From contig CAZYIA010000001.1 in NCBI GenBank assembly GCA_964646765.1, forward strand, positions 1,334 to 65,333: a DNA stretch of 64,000 bases, given 5' to 3'. Made by a program: the position numbers and the translations under genes. The DNA is from an uncultured Candidatus Saccharibacteria bacterium. Its GTDB lineage: Bacteria; Patescibacteriota; Minisyncoccia; Phycocordibacterales; UBA9973. Numbering within the stretch: the first letter of the stretch is position 1; the number at the start of each line of letters is the position of its first letter. Shown here in pieces: positions 1 through 9,579 of this stretch. The notes beneath the pieces are model-generated. The model was not told where the DNA came from. It ran no database searches and saw only the letters and a list, made by a program, of their open reading frames with translations.

Positions 1-489
1 GAATTTCGTTTCTATGATGAAGATAATCAATACATTACCCGTCGTGATGGGGTAGCATACATTGCACCAAACGGAACATCTGCCATTTTTGAAGGAGGCA
101 TCCAAGTTGGCAGCCGACCCCCACACTATACGGAATTTAAATTTCTCGCCGATCCACTTTGGGAATCAATTGATCCACGAAACACTGACATTAAGATTTT
201 TCCGAAAGGGGAAAAGCTAGAGAATGAAGCGATAAAGCCACGATTTACTGCAACGATTATGAATACCTCCCAACTCTTCACTGTACAAGATGTTGATGTC
301 ATTGCTATTTTGTACGGAGCTGATGGTAATGCTCTCGCCGCGTCTCAAACAAATATCGAGGGTATGGTTCCTCAAGAATCACAAGATGTGTACTTCACGT
401 GGCAAAAACCATTCTCTGCACAAGTAACCCGAACCGAAATTATTCCACGCTTTAATGTGTTCCTGACTAATTTCTCGAAGCATTTATGA
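1..489 (+). CDS. 5'-truncated hypothetical protein (beta-rich extracellular-type domain)
   Basis: Frame is open from base 1 (EFRFYDEDNQYITRRDG...) through the 259..489 ORF; stop overlaps the rodA start. Confidence 0.7.
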   Translation, partial: EFRFYDEDNQYITRRDGVAYIAPNGTSAIFEGGIQVGSRPPHYTEFKFLADPLWESIDPRNTDIKIFPKGEKLENEAIKPRFTATIMNTSQLFTVQDVDVIAILYGADGNALAASQTNIEGMVPQESQDVYFTWQKPFSAQVTRTEIIPRFNVFLTNFSKHL

Positions 490-1616
490 TGGAAAAAAAG
501 CGAGGTGTATTTGAGAGCATGGACTGGGTGCTCCTGCTTGTTACATTACCAATTATTGGTAGTGGTTTACTGGCAATGGCTAGTTTTGTAAGTCCAAACC
601 ATTTTTTTGGGCGCCAGCTTATGTGGGTAGTTATCTCCCTTATTGTCTTTTTTATGGTTTCCCAGTTTGATGTTCGGGTGCTTGCTCGAACTGAAATACT
701 CATGACACTGTACGGTATTACTCTTTTTTTATTGTTGGTACTTTTTATCCTTGGTCATGTTTCTCATGGAGCGCAAAGCTGGCTCTCACTTGGTGGTTTT
801 GCTTTGCAGCCTTCAGAAATTATGAAGCTCGTGGTGATTTTAATGCTCGCTAAGTATTTTTCCCGGCGTCACGTAGAAATTGCTCATGTGAAGCACATTA
901 TTATTTCTGGGCTCTATGCTCTTATTCCATTCGTTTTGGTGTTTCTTCAGCCTGACTTTGGTTCGGCAGTGATTATTTTTGCTATTTGGTTTGGTATGGC
1001 AATTGTTGCCGGTATTTCTAAACGACACCTTGCGTTGCTTGGTGCTATTGGGCTTGTTATTCTTGCTGGCCTTTGGTTGTTTGTGTTTAAACCCTACCAA
1101 AAAGCTCGCATCTTAACATTTTTACACCCGTCATCTGATCTTACTGGAAGTGGCTACAACGCCTATCAATCAACAGTTGCTATTGGTAGTGGTCAGCTTG
1201 TGGGAAAAGGAGTTGGTTTTGGAACGCAATCCAGACTTCAATTTTTGCCAGAGTATCAAACCGACTTTATCTTTGCAGCCTTTGCTGAAGAGTGGGGATT
1301 TATTGGCGTTATTCTTTTATTTATTCTCTTTGCCGTTCTCATTTGGCAAATTATCGGTAACGCGCTTGGAGGAGCAAGCAACTTCGAAGTGCTCTTTAGT
1401 ACTGGTGTGGCCATCTACTTTATGAGCCACATTATTATTAATGTTGGCATGAATTTAAAGCTTTTGCCGGTGACCGGTATCACGTTACCGTTTATGAGTT
1501 ATGGAGGAAGTCACCTCGTGACAGAATACGCCGCCCTTGGTATTGTGGTAGCCATGCGGCGCTATAGGAGGGCTATTCACCGCCAAGACCTAGAGCACGA
1601 ATTCGTTGGAACATAA
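486..1616 (+). CDS. rodA: Rod shape-determining protein RodA (SEDS peptidoglycan glycosyltransferase)
   Basis: Multi-TM protein; GAQSWL, QPSE, QPDFG, GSGQLVGKG, LPEYQTDFIF, LPFMSYGGS motifs. Confidence 0.9.
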   Translation: MMEKKRGVFESMDWVLLLVTLPIIGSGLLAMASFVSPNHFFGRQLMWVVISLIVFFMVSQFDVRVLARTEILMTLYGITLFLLLVLFILGHVSHGAQSWLSLGGFALQPSEIMKLVVILMLAKYFSRRHVEIAHVKHIIISGLYALIPFVLVFLQPDFGSAVIIFAIWFGMAIVAGISKRHLALLGAIGLVILAGLWLFVFKPYQKARILTFLHPSSDLTGSGYNAYQSTVAIGSGQLVGKGVGFGTQSRLQFLPEYQTDFIFAAFAEEWGFIGVILLFILFAVLIWQIIGNALGGASNFEVLFSTGVAIYFMSHIIINVGMNLKLLPVTGITLPFMSYGGSHLVTEYAALGIVVAMRRYRRAIHRQDLEHEFVGT

Positions 1617-1622
1617 CTTTTC

Positions 1623-2462
1623 ATGCAACTTATTAATGGACGCGCACTTCGCGATAGTATTTTAGAGACACTCAAACAACGAGTGTCGGTTTTACCGTTT
1701 CAGCCGGTTTTTTGTGATGTGCTTGTTGGTAATGATCCAGCTAGTGCGCAGTACGTACGAATGAAAGCTAAAACTGCTGAAAGTATAGGTCTTCGAGTGC
1801 ATCATGCAGAATTTCCGGCGGATATCACCACCGAAGCACTTATTGAAGAAGTTAAAAAAATAAATCAGATTCCGCACATGGCAGGACTTATTGTGCAGTT
1901 GCCACTACCTCCACATATTGATCGAACAAAAGTGCTTGATGCTATTGACCCACGTATTGATGTTGATTGCTTAACACTAGGGAATAGCGAGCGATTTTAT
2001 CGAGGTGAAATAGTACCAGTATTTCCAACTGCTCGAGCGGTACTTGCAGCTCTGGATTCTTTAAACCTTTCACTTACTGATAAACGTATTGTTGTTATCG
2101 GGCAAGGAATGCTTGTCGGGAAGCCAGTGACGTATCTTCTCCGTGCTCGCGGCTGTGAACCACAAACTATTGTTCGTGATACGGTCGACCCTCTCTCTAT
2201 AACTCGTGCTGCCGATATTCTTATCTCTGCAACTGGAGCAGCAAAAAATATTACGGCTGACAAAGTTAAATCTGGTGTCATTATTGTTGATGCTGGAACT
2301 TCTGAATCTAATGGTGGCATTGTTGGGGATGTTGATCTTGAGTCGGTATCAGAAAAAGCTTCGTATGTTTCGCCAACTCCTGGGGGAGTAGGGCCAGTAA
2401 CCGTTTCAATGTTGCTCGATAATGTTGTTACCGTTGCAGAGGGGATGAGTCAAAAAAACTAG
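1623..2462 (+). CDS. folD: Bifunctional methylenetetrahydrofolate dehydrogenase/cyclohydrolase
   Basis: YVRMK, VQLPLP, DVD, LVGKP, PGGVGPVTVSML motifs. Confidence 0.95.
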   Translation: MQLINGRALRDSILETLKQRVSVLPFQPVFCDVLVGNDPASAQYVRMKAKTAESIGLRVHHAEFPADITTEALIEEVKKINQIPHMAGLIVQLPLPPHIDRTKVLDAIDPRIDVDCLTLGNSERFYRGEIVPVFPTARAVLAALDSLNLSLTDKRIVVIGQGMLVGKPVTYLLRARGCEPQTIVRDTVDPLSITRAADILISATGAAKNITADKVKSGVIIVDAGTSESNGGIVGDVDLESVSEKASYVSPTPGGVGPVTVSMLLDNVVTVAEGMSQKN

Positions 2463-2464
2463 GT

Positions 2465-2971
2465 ATGAACATGCTCATCCTAAAATTTTTCAATAGTCAT
2501 GGCACAAAATCGCCAATACTTCGCGCTCTCTCGCTTTGGATTTCACGACCAACAGGTTATATACCGCTCATCATTGCGATGCTTATACCCGTTTTGATAC
2601 TGGCACCGAATAAGGCAACATGGCTCATACTCTCGGCCGGAGTTGTAGGAGGTTCGTGGCTTTTTGCACACATATTAAAGATTATTTTTCGTATTCCTCG
2701 TCCAGTGCATGGGTTTGAGGATATTCTTGTCTTAATCACTGAAAGCGGATATTCATTCCCATCTGAACACGCCTCAGTTTTTTCTGCGATTGCCGTTCTC
2801 GGATTTTATGCAGCACCATGGTTCGGTGCCATTTTTTTAGTCCTCGCTGTTTTTGTTAGTATTTCTCGAGTGATTGCTGGGGTTCATTACCCATCTGATG
2901 TTCTTGTTGGTTTTTGCTTGGGAACGTTTGTTGGTATGATGCTCTGTAGCGTTGGTGCACAATTTTTATGA
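2465..2971 (+). CDS. PAP2-family membrane phosphatase
   Basis: KxxFRxPRP, SFPSEH, SRVxxGVHYPSDV motifs. Confidence 0.9.
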   Translation: MNMLILKFFNSHGTKSPILRALSLWISRPTGYIPLIIAMLIPVLILAPNKATWLILSAGVVGGSWLFAHILKIIFRIPRPVHGFEDILVLITESGYSFPSEHASVFSAIAVLGFYAAPWFGAIFLVLAVFVSISRVIAGVHYPSDVLVGFCLGTFVGMMLCSVGAQFL

Positions 2972-3741
2972 CTATCGTTCACGCCATCATTCTTGGTATT
3001 GTAGAAGGGATTACTGAATTTTTACCCGTTTCTTCAACTGCTCACCTCGAAATTGCTTCACGATTGCTTGGTCTTGCTGAAACTGATTTTCTAAAAACAT
3101 TCACTATTGTTATCCAGCTTGGCGCAATCCTTGCAGTGTGTGTGCTTTTTTTCAGATTAGTATGGAATAACAAAAAACTCATCTGGCTAACACTTGCCGG
3201 ATTTATTCCAACTGCTGTTGTTGGCTTTGCGCTCTATAAGATCATTAAAGGATATCTTATTGGCAACATTTTTATTGCTGCCGTTACGTTACTTCTCGGC
3301 GGTATTTTCTTTTTGGTTCTTGAATATTGGTACCTTCCTAAAAAGGCAGCCACACATTTGAATGAATATCCCTCTATCGGTGAAAGTATCGGTTTTGGAC
3401 TTGCTCAAGCCCTTGCTGTCGTGCCGGGCGTTTCGCGTTCGGGAGCGGTTATCGTGTACGGATTACTCCGAGGTTACTCACGCGAAGTTGTAATAACATT
3501 TGCTTTTTTACTAGCTGTGCCAACCATGGCCGCTGCTAGCGCATATGACCTCTATAAGTCAGCCCAGGCTTTTTCTAGTGGGGAGTGGCATGTCCTCCTC
3601 ATTGGTTTCCTAGTCTCGTTTGTTGTGGCTTATGGGGTATCAAAGTGGTTTATCCGCTTTATTTCAAACCATAGTTTTAAGGTTTTTGGCTGGTACCGTA
3701 TTGTCCTTGCCCTCGCTATCTTTGTTGGGTTGCTTTTTTAA
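2968..3741 (+). CDS. uppP: Undecaprenyl-diphosphatase (BacA)
   Basis: EGITEFLPVSSTAH, IQLGAILA, PGVSRSG motifs. Confidence 0.95.
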   Translation: MTIVHAIILGIVEGITEFLPVSSTAHLEIASRLLGLAETDFLKTFTIVIQLGAILAVCVLFFRLVWNNKKLIWLTLAGFIPTAVVGFALYKIIKGYLIGNIFIAAVTLLLGGIFFLVLEYWYLPKKAATHLNEYPSIGESIGFGLAQALAVVPGVSRSGAVIVYGLLRGYSREVVITFAFLLAVPTMAAASAYDLYKSAQAFSSGEWHVLLIGFLVSFVVAYGVSKWFIRFISNHSFKVFGWYRIVLALAIFVGLLF

Positions 3742-3797
3742 CTCCCACAAGTAGAATAAGCCCATTACTATAAATTAGAGAGAATACAGGTTTCAGT

Positions 3798-5192
3798 ATG
3801 TGGAAGAAACGGTTACTTGCCCTCCTCATCTTGCTTATCGGTGTAGGAGTTGCGTACTTTGTTTACGGTTCGGAATTAAAAAATAACACTGCGGGAAAAG
3901 AAATAGTTCCAATTCCAGCATGGCTCCCAAGTAAGCCGTTTAAACTTGGCCTTGATCTCTCTGGCGGCTCACACCTTGTGTATAAGGCGGACGTATCACA
4001 GCTGAAGGGGACTTCAGTTGCCGATGCAATGTCATCTCTTCGGGATGTTATTGAACGCCGCATCAATATCTTTGGTGTTTCTGAACCAGTTGTTCAAATC
4101 CAAAATAGTACTTTCTCAAATGGTGGTGAAAACCGTTTGATTGTTGATCTCCCTGGTGTTACCGACATCGAGAAAGCAATTACTATGATTGGCCAGACTC
4201 CGCTTCTTGAGTTCAAGACCGAGAATCCAAATCCACCAACAATTAATGCTACTGTCGGACCTGACGGTAAAGTAAACATTGGTTCTGTAGATCCTTCATC
4301 TCGATATAGTCCTACACAGCTCACTGGCCGCTATCTCTCAAAAGCAGAACTTCAGTTTGATCCAAATACAGGTCAGCCAGTAGTAACGCTTGTTTTTGAT
4401 GCAGAAGGATCAAAACTCTTTGAAGATATCACTCGAGCAAACGTTGGTAAAACCGTTGCTATTTTCCTTGATGGTGCGCCAATTTCTACTCCGACGGTGC
4501 AACAAGCAATTGTTGGTGGTCATGCTCAAATTACTGGGAACTTTACTCCACAAGAAGCGAAGCAGCTTGTTGGCCGCTTAAATTCAGGAGCGCTTCCAGT
4601 GCCAATTTCACTTATCTCAACGCAGACCATTGGTCCATCACTCGGTGCCGAAGCTGTAAAAGCTGGTCTGCACGCTGGACTTATCGGTTTCCTTATTATC
4701 GCTCTCTTCTTGATTCTCTGGTATCGTTTTCCAGGATTGATTGCGGTAATCGCACTCGGTATGTACATGGCCATTACACTTGCGCTCTACAAGTTAATCC
4801 CAGTCACACTTACTGCTGCCGGTATTGCGGGTTTCATTATCTCGATCGGTATTGCGGTAGATGCAAATATTCTTATCTTCGAACGTATCAAAGAAGAAAT
4901 TAGAAGTGGTCGCAATATTCCAGATGCGATTCACACTGGTTTCTCTCGTGCATGGTTCTCAATTCGCGATTCAAACATTTCCACTTTCATTACTTCAGTT
5001 ATTCTCTTCTGGTTTGGCACATCACTCATTAAAGGTTTTGCGCTTACTCTTATGTTGGGTGTGATTGTGTCACTCTTCTCAGCAATTGTTGTTTCTCGAT
5101 TATTCCTCTTTGCTATTGGTGTTGAACGAACGAATGCCTTTACCAGCTTCCTCTTCGGTTCCGGATTCTCCGGTGCCCGGGCGAAAAAATAA
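3798..5192 (+). CDS. secD: Protein translocase subunit SecD
   Basis: LGLDLSGG, RRINxFGVSEP, IGPSLG, AVDANILIFERIKEE. Confidence 0.97.
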   Translation: MWKKRLLALLILLIGVGVAYFVYGSELKNNTAGKEIVPIPAWLPSKPFKLGLDLSGGSHLVYKADVSQLKGTSVADAMSSLRDVIERRINIFGVSEPVVQIQNSTFSNGGENRLIVDLPGVTDIEKAITMIGQTPLLEFKTENPNPPTINATVGPDGKVNIGSVDPSSRYSPTQLTGRYLSKAELQFDPNTGQPVVTLVFDAEGSKLFEDITRANVGKTVAIFLDGAPISTPTVQQAIVGGHAQITGNFTPQEAKQLVGRLNSGALPVPISLISTQTIGPSLGAEAVKAGLHAGLIGFLIIALFLILWYRFPGLIAVIALGMYMAITLALYKLIPVTLTAAGIAGFIISIGIAVDANILIFERIKEEIRSGRNIPDAIHTGFSRAWFSIRDSNISTFITSVILFWFGTSLIKGFALTLMLGVIVSLFSAIVVSRLFLFAIGVERTNAFTSFLFGSGFSGARAKK

Positions 5193-5210
5193 TCTGTTTG
5201 AGAGAATCCT

Positions 5211-6113
5211 ATGTTTATCATCAAAAACAAATTCATCTTTATCGGTATTTCAGCCGTATTAGTACTCCTTTCGATCGTCCTCGTGGCTACCCTTGGGTTA
5301 AAACCAGGTATCGACTTTAAAGGTGGGGCACTCACAGAAGTAACCTATCCTAATGGTCGACCAGCTATTGAACATATTCAAGCTGGTGTGGAGTCGCTTT
5401 CATTTGGCGAAACAGTAGTGCAGGAAGCTGGAGCAAATGGCGTCATTGTAAAGTCTCGTGATATCACTGATGCAGAACGTTCTTCGCTTTTGAAAGCCCT
5501 CGCTGTCGATAATGCAACGGTTGAAGAAAAGAGCTTTACTTCAATTGGTCCTTCAGTTGGCCGTGAACTTACTCGAAAATCAATCGTTGCGGTTATTTTA
5601 GTTGCTCTCGCAATCATTCTCTTCATCGCTTTTGCTTTCCGAAAAGTATCCGAGCCTGTTTCCTCATGGAAGTATGGGTTAATCGCTATTGTTACCTTGG
5701 TACACGATATTGCGATGCCTTCTGGTGTATTTGCGCTCCTCTCTTATTTTCATGGTGCAGAGGTTGATTCACTCTTTGTGGTAGCTCTGCTTACGGTTCT
5801 CGGTCTTTCTGTGTCAGATACGATTGTGGTGTTCGACCGAATCCGTGAAAATCTGAAATGGAATCCAGCACCAACATTTGCTGAAACAGTAGGGAAGAGT
5901 CTCTCTCAAACATTCACTCGATCAATTAATACTTCACTCACCGTTATTCTTGCTCTTCTCGCACTCTTCTTCTTTGGTCCAGAAACCACTAAGAATTTTG
6001 CTCTTGTGCTCGTTACCGGTATGTTCTTCGGAACGTATTCATCAATTTTTGTTGCAAGTCCTATCCTCGTGCTCGTTGAGGAATGGCAGCGAAAAAAGAA
6101 AGGAAAGAAATAA
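5211..6113 (+). CDS. secF: Protein translocase subunit SecF
   Basis: GIDFKGG, IGPSVG, HD, DTIVVFDRIRE, GTYSSIFVA. Confidence 0.97.
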   Translation: MFIIKNKFIFIGISAVLVLLSIVLVATLGLKPGIDFKGGALTEVTYPNGRPAIEHIQAGVESLSFGETVVQEAGANGVIVKSRDITDAERSSLLKALAVDNATVEEKSFTSIGPSVGRELTRKSIVAVILVALAIILFIAFAFRKVSEPVSSWKYGLIAIVTLVHDIAMPSGVFALLSYFHGAEVDSLFVVALLTVLGLSVSDTIVVFDRIRENLKWNPAPTFAETVGKSLSQTFTRSINTSLTVILALLALFFFGPETTKNFALVLVTGMFFGTYSSIFVASPILVLVEEWQRKKKGKK

Positions 6114-6125
6114 TTTGTGTAGTAG

Positions 6126-6156
6126 AAAAGGCTCCCGAAAAAACGTGGAGCCTTTT
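6126..6156. terminator. Bidirectional intrinsic terminator
   Basis: AAAAGGCTCC / GGAGCCTTTT inverted repeat between secF and the convergent small ORFs. Confidence 0.75.
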
Positions 6157-6182
6157 GCTTAGCAAAGATGATGCCTTTGCCG

Positions 6183-6350
6183 TTACTTTGCCTGAAGTGG
6201 GAGCGATTCGCTATTGGTCCAAAATGAACCATCATTCTTTCCAATATATTGGTTCCGCAGTGACGCGACTAACAATAGAATAAGAAAGAAAAGCACGAAC
6301 CGACGCAACCTCTCCTGAGGACTTTGCCGGAGTAAGAAAAGTATATGCAT
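6183..6350 (-). CDS. Small putative single-TM protein (55 aa, MHILFLLRQSPQERLRRFVLFFLILLLVASLR...)
   Basis: Translated by hand (below the ORF-track cutoff); hydrophobic stretch; starts 6 nt after the upstream small ORF. Confidence 0.4.
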   Translation of the reverse strand: MHILFLLRQSPQERLRRFVLFFLILLLVASLRNQYIGKNDGSFWTNSESLPLQAK

Positions 6351-6356
6351 AAAAAA

Positions 6357-6512
6357 TTAATAGTTTTTGGCGGGCACCGAATTGTTGGTAGGATTCATTG
6401 GCACTTTTACTGCTTGTATAAAGCGAGGATTTTTGACTGCACAAAATACAAAAGCAATTAGTATCATGCAAAATACTACAATGGCAATGTTGCCCTTGGT
6501 TTCTGGTTTCAT
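6357..6512 (-). CDS. Small putative single-TM protein (51 aa, MKPETKGNIAIVVFCMILIAFVFCAVK...)
   Basis: One hydrophobic helix; second Met chosen because the first ATG overlaps the predicted -10 box. Confidence 0.5.
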   Translation of the reverse strand: MKPETKGNIAIVVFCMILIAFVFCAVKNPRFIQAVKVPMNPTNNSVPAKNY

Positions 6513-6543
6513 AAGCGGTAAGGTTTTGATTTGATTTCTGCTC

Positions 6544-6571
6544 ATAGTACAATGTGTTGGTTATTAGTCAA
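6544..6571 (-). promoter_or_regulatory. Sigma70-type promoter
   Basis: TTGACT-16 bp-TACTAT on the minus strand. Confidence 0.55.
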
Positions 6572-6585
6572 AATCCAGTTTTGCT

Positions 6586-7146
6586 ATGTTTATCCTTATT
6601 GGTATTGTTGTTCTTGGTATTCTCTACGCCATAATTTCATTTAACGGCTTTGTTACCCTTAAAAACCGAGCCCAGGAGGCTTGGGCTGATATCGAAGTGC
6701 AGTTGAAGCGTCGTTATGACCTTATTCCAAATCTCGTTAACACTGTAAAAGGGTACGCCTCACACGAGAGTGGTACCCTAGAAAAAGTGATTGCAGCTCG
6801 AAATCAGGCTGTAGCCACAATGAGTGGAACTGCTACAACTGAACAGAAAGCCCAGGCAGAAAATATGCTCTCGGGTACTTTGAAGTCACTCTTTGCTCTC
6901 TCTGAAAGTTATCCTGATCTTAAGGCAAACCAGAATTTCATGGAGCTTCAGCGCGAGCTCTCTGATACCGAAAATAAAATTCAGGCCGCTCGTCGTTTCT
7001 ATAACTCTAATGTTCGCGATCTTAATATTAAAATTGAGCAGTTTCCAGGCAATCTTATTGCTAATGCTTTTGCTTTCAAAAAAATGGATCTCTTCGACAT
7101 CCCAGATGGTGATGCTGCTCAGAATCCAGTAGAAGTTAAATTCTAG
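6586..7146 (+). CDS. lemA: LemA family protein
   Basis: AWADIEVQLKRRYDLIPNLV, EsYPDLKA, ENKIQAARRFYN. Confidence 0.95.
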   Translation: MFILIGIVVLGILYAIISFNGFVTLKNRAQEAWADIEVQLKRRYDLIPNLVNTVKGYASHESGTLEKVIAARNQAVATMSGTATTEQKAQAENMLSGTLKSLFALSESYPDLKANQNFMELQRELSDTENKIQAARRFYNSNVRDLNIKIEQFPGNLIANAFAFKKMDLFDIPDGDAAQNPVEVKF

Positions 7147-7150
7147 GCTT

Positions 7151-7534
7151 ATGTACTATTATCACTATTCACGTCCTAACTTTGGCCTTGGTATGTTTTG
7201 GCTCGCTATTGTTATCTTAATGATCGCTGCTTGGGTGAAGATGTTCCAAAAAGCGGGAAGAGAATGGTGGGAGGCTATTATCCCAATTTATAACGTATAC
7301 GTTCTTCTTAAAATTGTTGGCAAACCAGGCTGGTGGCTTCTTCTCTATTTGATTCCATTGGTGAATATTGTTGTTTCCGTTATTGTGAAGCACAATCTCT
7401 CAAAAAAGTTTGGTAAGGATGTTGGCTTTACTATTGGCCTGATTTTTCTCCCGTTTATTTTTTTACCGATCTTAGGATTTGGTGACAGTGTCTATACAAA
7501 AGAAGAAATTATTAGCCAGGCTCCGACAGCGTAA
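7151..7534 (+). CDS. Membrane protein, DUF5684-like
   Basis: WxKMFQKAG..WWEAIIPIYN..GKPGWW..FGK..GF pattern. Confidence 0.75.
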   Translation: MYYYHYSRPNFGLGMFWLAIVILMIAAWVKMFQKAGREWWEAIIPIYNVYVLLKIVGKPGWWLLLYLIPLVNIVVSVIVKHNLSKKFGKDVGFTIGLIFLPFIFLPILGFGDSVYTKEEIISQAPTA

Positions 7535-7543
7535 AGTTATACT

Positions 7544-8296
7544 ATGTTCATTATTCTTGGCATCATTGTTCTCCTCGTTATTGCTTCTATTCGTATCGTT
7601 AAAGAGTACGAGCGGGGAGTAATTTTTTTCCTTGGTAAGGCAACTGGTGTTCGTGGACCAGGGCTTATTTTGGTCATTCCAATTTTTGAAATGATGACAC
7701 GGGTGCAACTTCGCACGGTAACTATGGATATTCCGTCACAGAAAATTATTACCAAAGATAACGTTTCTATTGATATTGCTGCCGTGGCGTACTATCACGT
7801 AGCTGATGCTATGAAATCGGTTATCGCTATTGAAGATATTTATAAAGCAGTAAACCAAATTAGTCAGACAACGGTGCGAAATGTCGTCGGTCAATTTTCA
7901 CTTGATCAGTTACTTTCTCAAACGAGTGAAATTAATACACAAATAAAAAATGTTATTGATGCTCACACTGAACCATGGGGTGCGCAGGTAACAGCAGTTG
8001 AAATTAAAGATATCACTCTTCCTGAAAACATGCAGCGAGCTATGGCTAAAGAAGCTGAAGCTGAGCGCGAGCGCCGAGCAAAAATTGTGGCGGCTGAAGG
8101 TGAGTTTCAGGCCGCTCAGCGTCTTGGTGAAGCGGCTGATCTCATTTCGAAGCACCCAGTTGCCCTTCAACTCCGTACACTGCAAACCATGTCTGAAATT
8201 GCGACCGAAAAGAACTCCACCATTATTTTCCCAGCCCAGTTTATGACAACCGTGCAAGAGGCAATGAAAATGGTGAAGGGGGATAACCAAGCGTAA
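7544..8296 (+). CDS. SPFH/band-7 (slipin/stomatin) protein
   Basis: [40 protein letters not shown]. Confidence 0.92.
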   Translation: MFIILGIIVLLVIASIRIVKEYERGVIFFLGKATGVRGPGLILVIPIFEMMTRVQLRTVTMDIPSQKIITKDNVSIDIAAVAYYHVADAMKSVIAIEDIYKAVNQISQTTVRNVVGQFSLDQLLSQTSEINTQIKNVIDAHTEPWGAQVTAVEIKDITLPENMQRAMAKEAEAERERRAKIVAAEGEFQAAQRLGEAADLISKHPVALQLRTLQTMSEIATEKNSTIIFPAQFMTTVQEAMKMVKGDNQA

Positions 8297-8351
8297 GAGG
8301 AGTTTCCTACCTAAATGATATAATGAAAGAGCGGCTTTTTGCTGCTATTTT

Positions 8352-9251
8352 ATGGCTACTCTCTATACACAACAAAGCAAAAATGTTACCAAAACCTGGC
8401 TATTAATGACCGTGTTTTTTCTGGTGGTTATTGCCCTCGGTTGGTTTTTCAGCTACTACTACGGTAATCCCAATATCCTTATCTTTTTTGCCTTGTTTTC
8501 GATCGTGATGAACATTGTTTCCTTCTGGTTCTCTGACAAAATTGTCGTGGCGCTTGCAGGGGCAAAACAAGTATCAAAACAAGAAGCTCCTGATCTTTAT
8601 AACGTTGTCGAGAACCTCTCAATTACAGCAGGTCTTCCTTTACCTAAGATTTACGTTATCCAAGATCCATCACCAAATGCATTTGCTACTGGTCGTGATC
8701 CACAACACGCCTCTATTGCTGTCACTACCGGACTTCTCTCAATCATGGATCGAAGTGAACTCGAAGGAGTATTGGCCCACGAGCTTTCGCATGTAGGAAA
8801 TCGCGATATGTTGGTTGCAACCGTTGCAGTGGTACTTGCCGGGTTTGTTTCGATTATCGCCGATGTTTTCCTTCGTGGAAGTATGTTTGGTTTCCGAAGA
8901 AATAGCGATAACGATCGGGAAGGGGGAGGAAATATCTTAATGCTCGTCGGTCTTATTTTTGCTATCCTTGCACCAATTTTTGCTACGCTTATTCAACTAG
9001 CAATTTCTCGTAAACGTGAGTACTTAGCCGATGCTTCTGGAGCACTCCTAACTCGTTACCCAGAAGGCTTAGCTAATGCACTTAGAAAAATCCAACAGTA
9101 CGGCCAACCTATGCGCCGTCAATCAACCGCTATTGCCCATCTTTACATAGCTAACCCCCAAGGTTCTGGTAAGTTTGCAAAAGCGGTTGGTACATTGTTT
9201 TCCACCCACCCACCAATCGACGACCGAATTAAAGCGTTACTTGGGCACTAA
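8352..9251 (+). CDS. htpX: Membrane zinc protease HtpX (M48)
   Basis: PNAFATG, HELSH, SRKREYLAD, STHPP. Confidence 0.95.
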   Translation: MATLYTQQSKNVTKTWLLMTVFFLVVIALGWFFSYYYGNPNILIFFALFSIVMNIVSFWFSDKIVVALAGAKQVSKQEAPDLYNVVENLSITAGLPLPKIYVIQDPSPNAFATGRDPQHASIAVTTGLLSIMDRSELEGVLAHELSHVGNRDMLVATVAVVLAGFVSIIADVFLRGSMFGFRRNSDNDREGGGNILMLVGLIFAILAPIFATLIQLAISRKREYLADASGALLTRYPEGLANALRKIQQYGQPMRRQSTAIAHLYIANPQGSGKFAKAVGTLFSTHPPIDDRIKALLGH

Positions 9252-9254
9252 TCT

Positions 9255-9500
9255 ATGGATTCTCTCGAACAACGAGTTAGCAACATTGAAGAACGTAATG
9301 TTCGAGTTGAAGCTGATAAAAAGTGGGAGCAAAGTTGGACGCGGAGAGTTGCTATTGCTGTACTAACATATCTTATTATTTGTCTTTTTCTTTTTGAAAT
9401 AGGCGAGTCGGAAATTTTTCTAAAAGCACTTGTACCGGTTTTTGGTTTTGTTCTCTCAACTTTGTCGATTGAGCTTTTCCGAAAAATGAGCGGATATTAA
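9255..9500 (+). CDS. Small membrane hypothetical protein
   Basis: Charged N-terminus plus two TM helices; tightly coupled to htpX. Confidence 0.7.
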   Translation: MDSLEQRVSNIEERNVRVEADKKWEQSWTRRVAIAVLTYLIICLFLFEIGESEIFLKALVPVFGFVLSTLSIELFRKMSGY

Positions 9501-9579
9501 TCACGATAGTAGTATGATTGGTTTCCCTCGCCGGGAAACTTCACATTTTGTATAATTGCTCGTTACTTACGTAATATAT

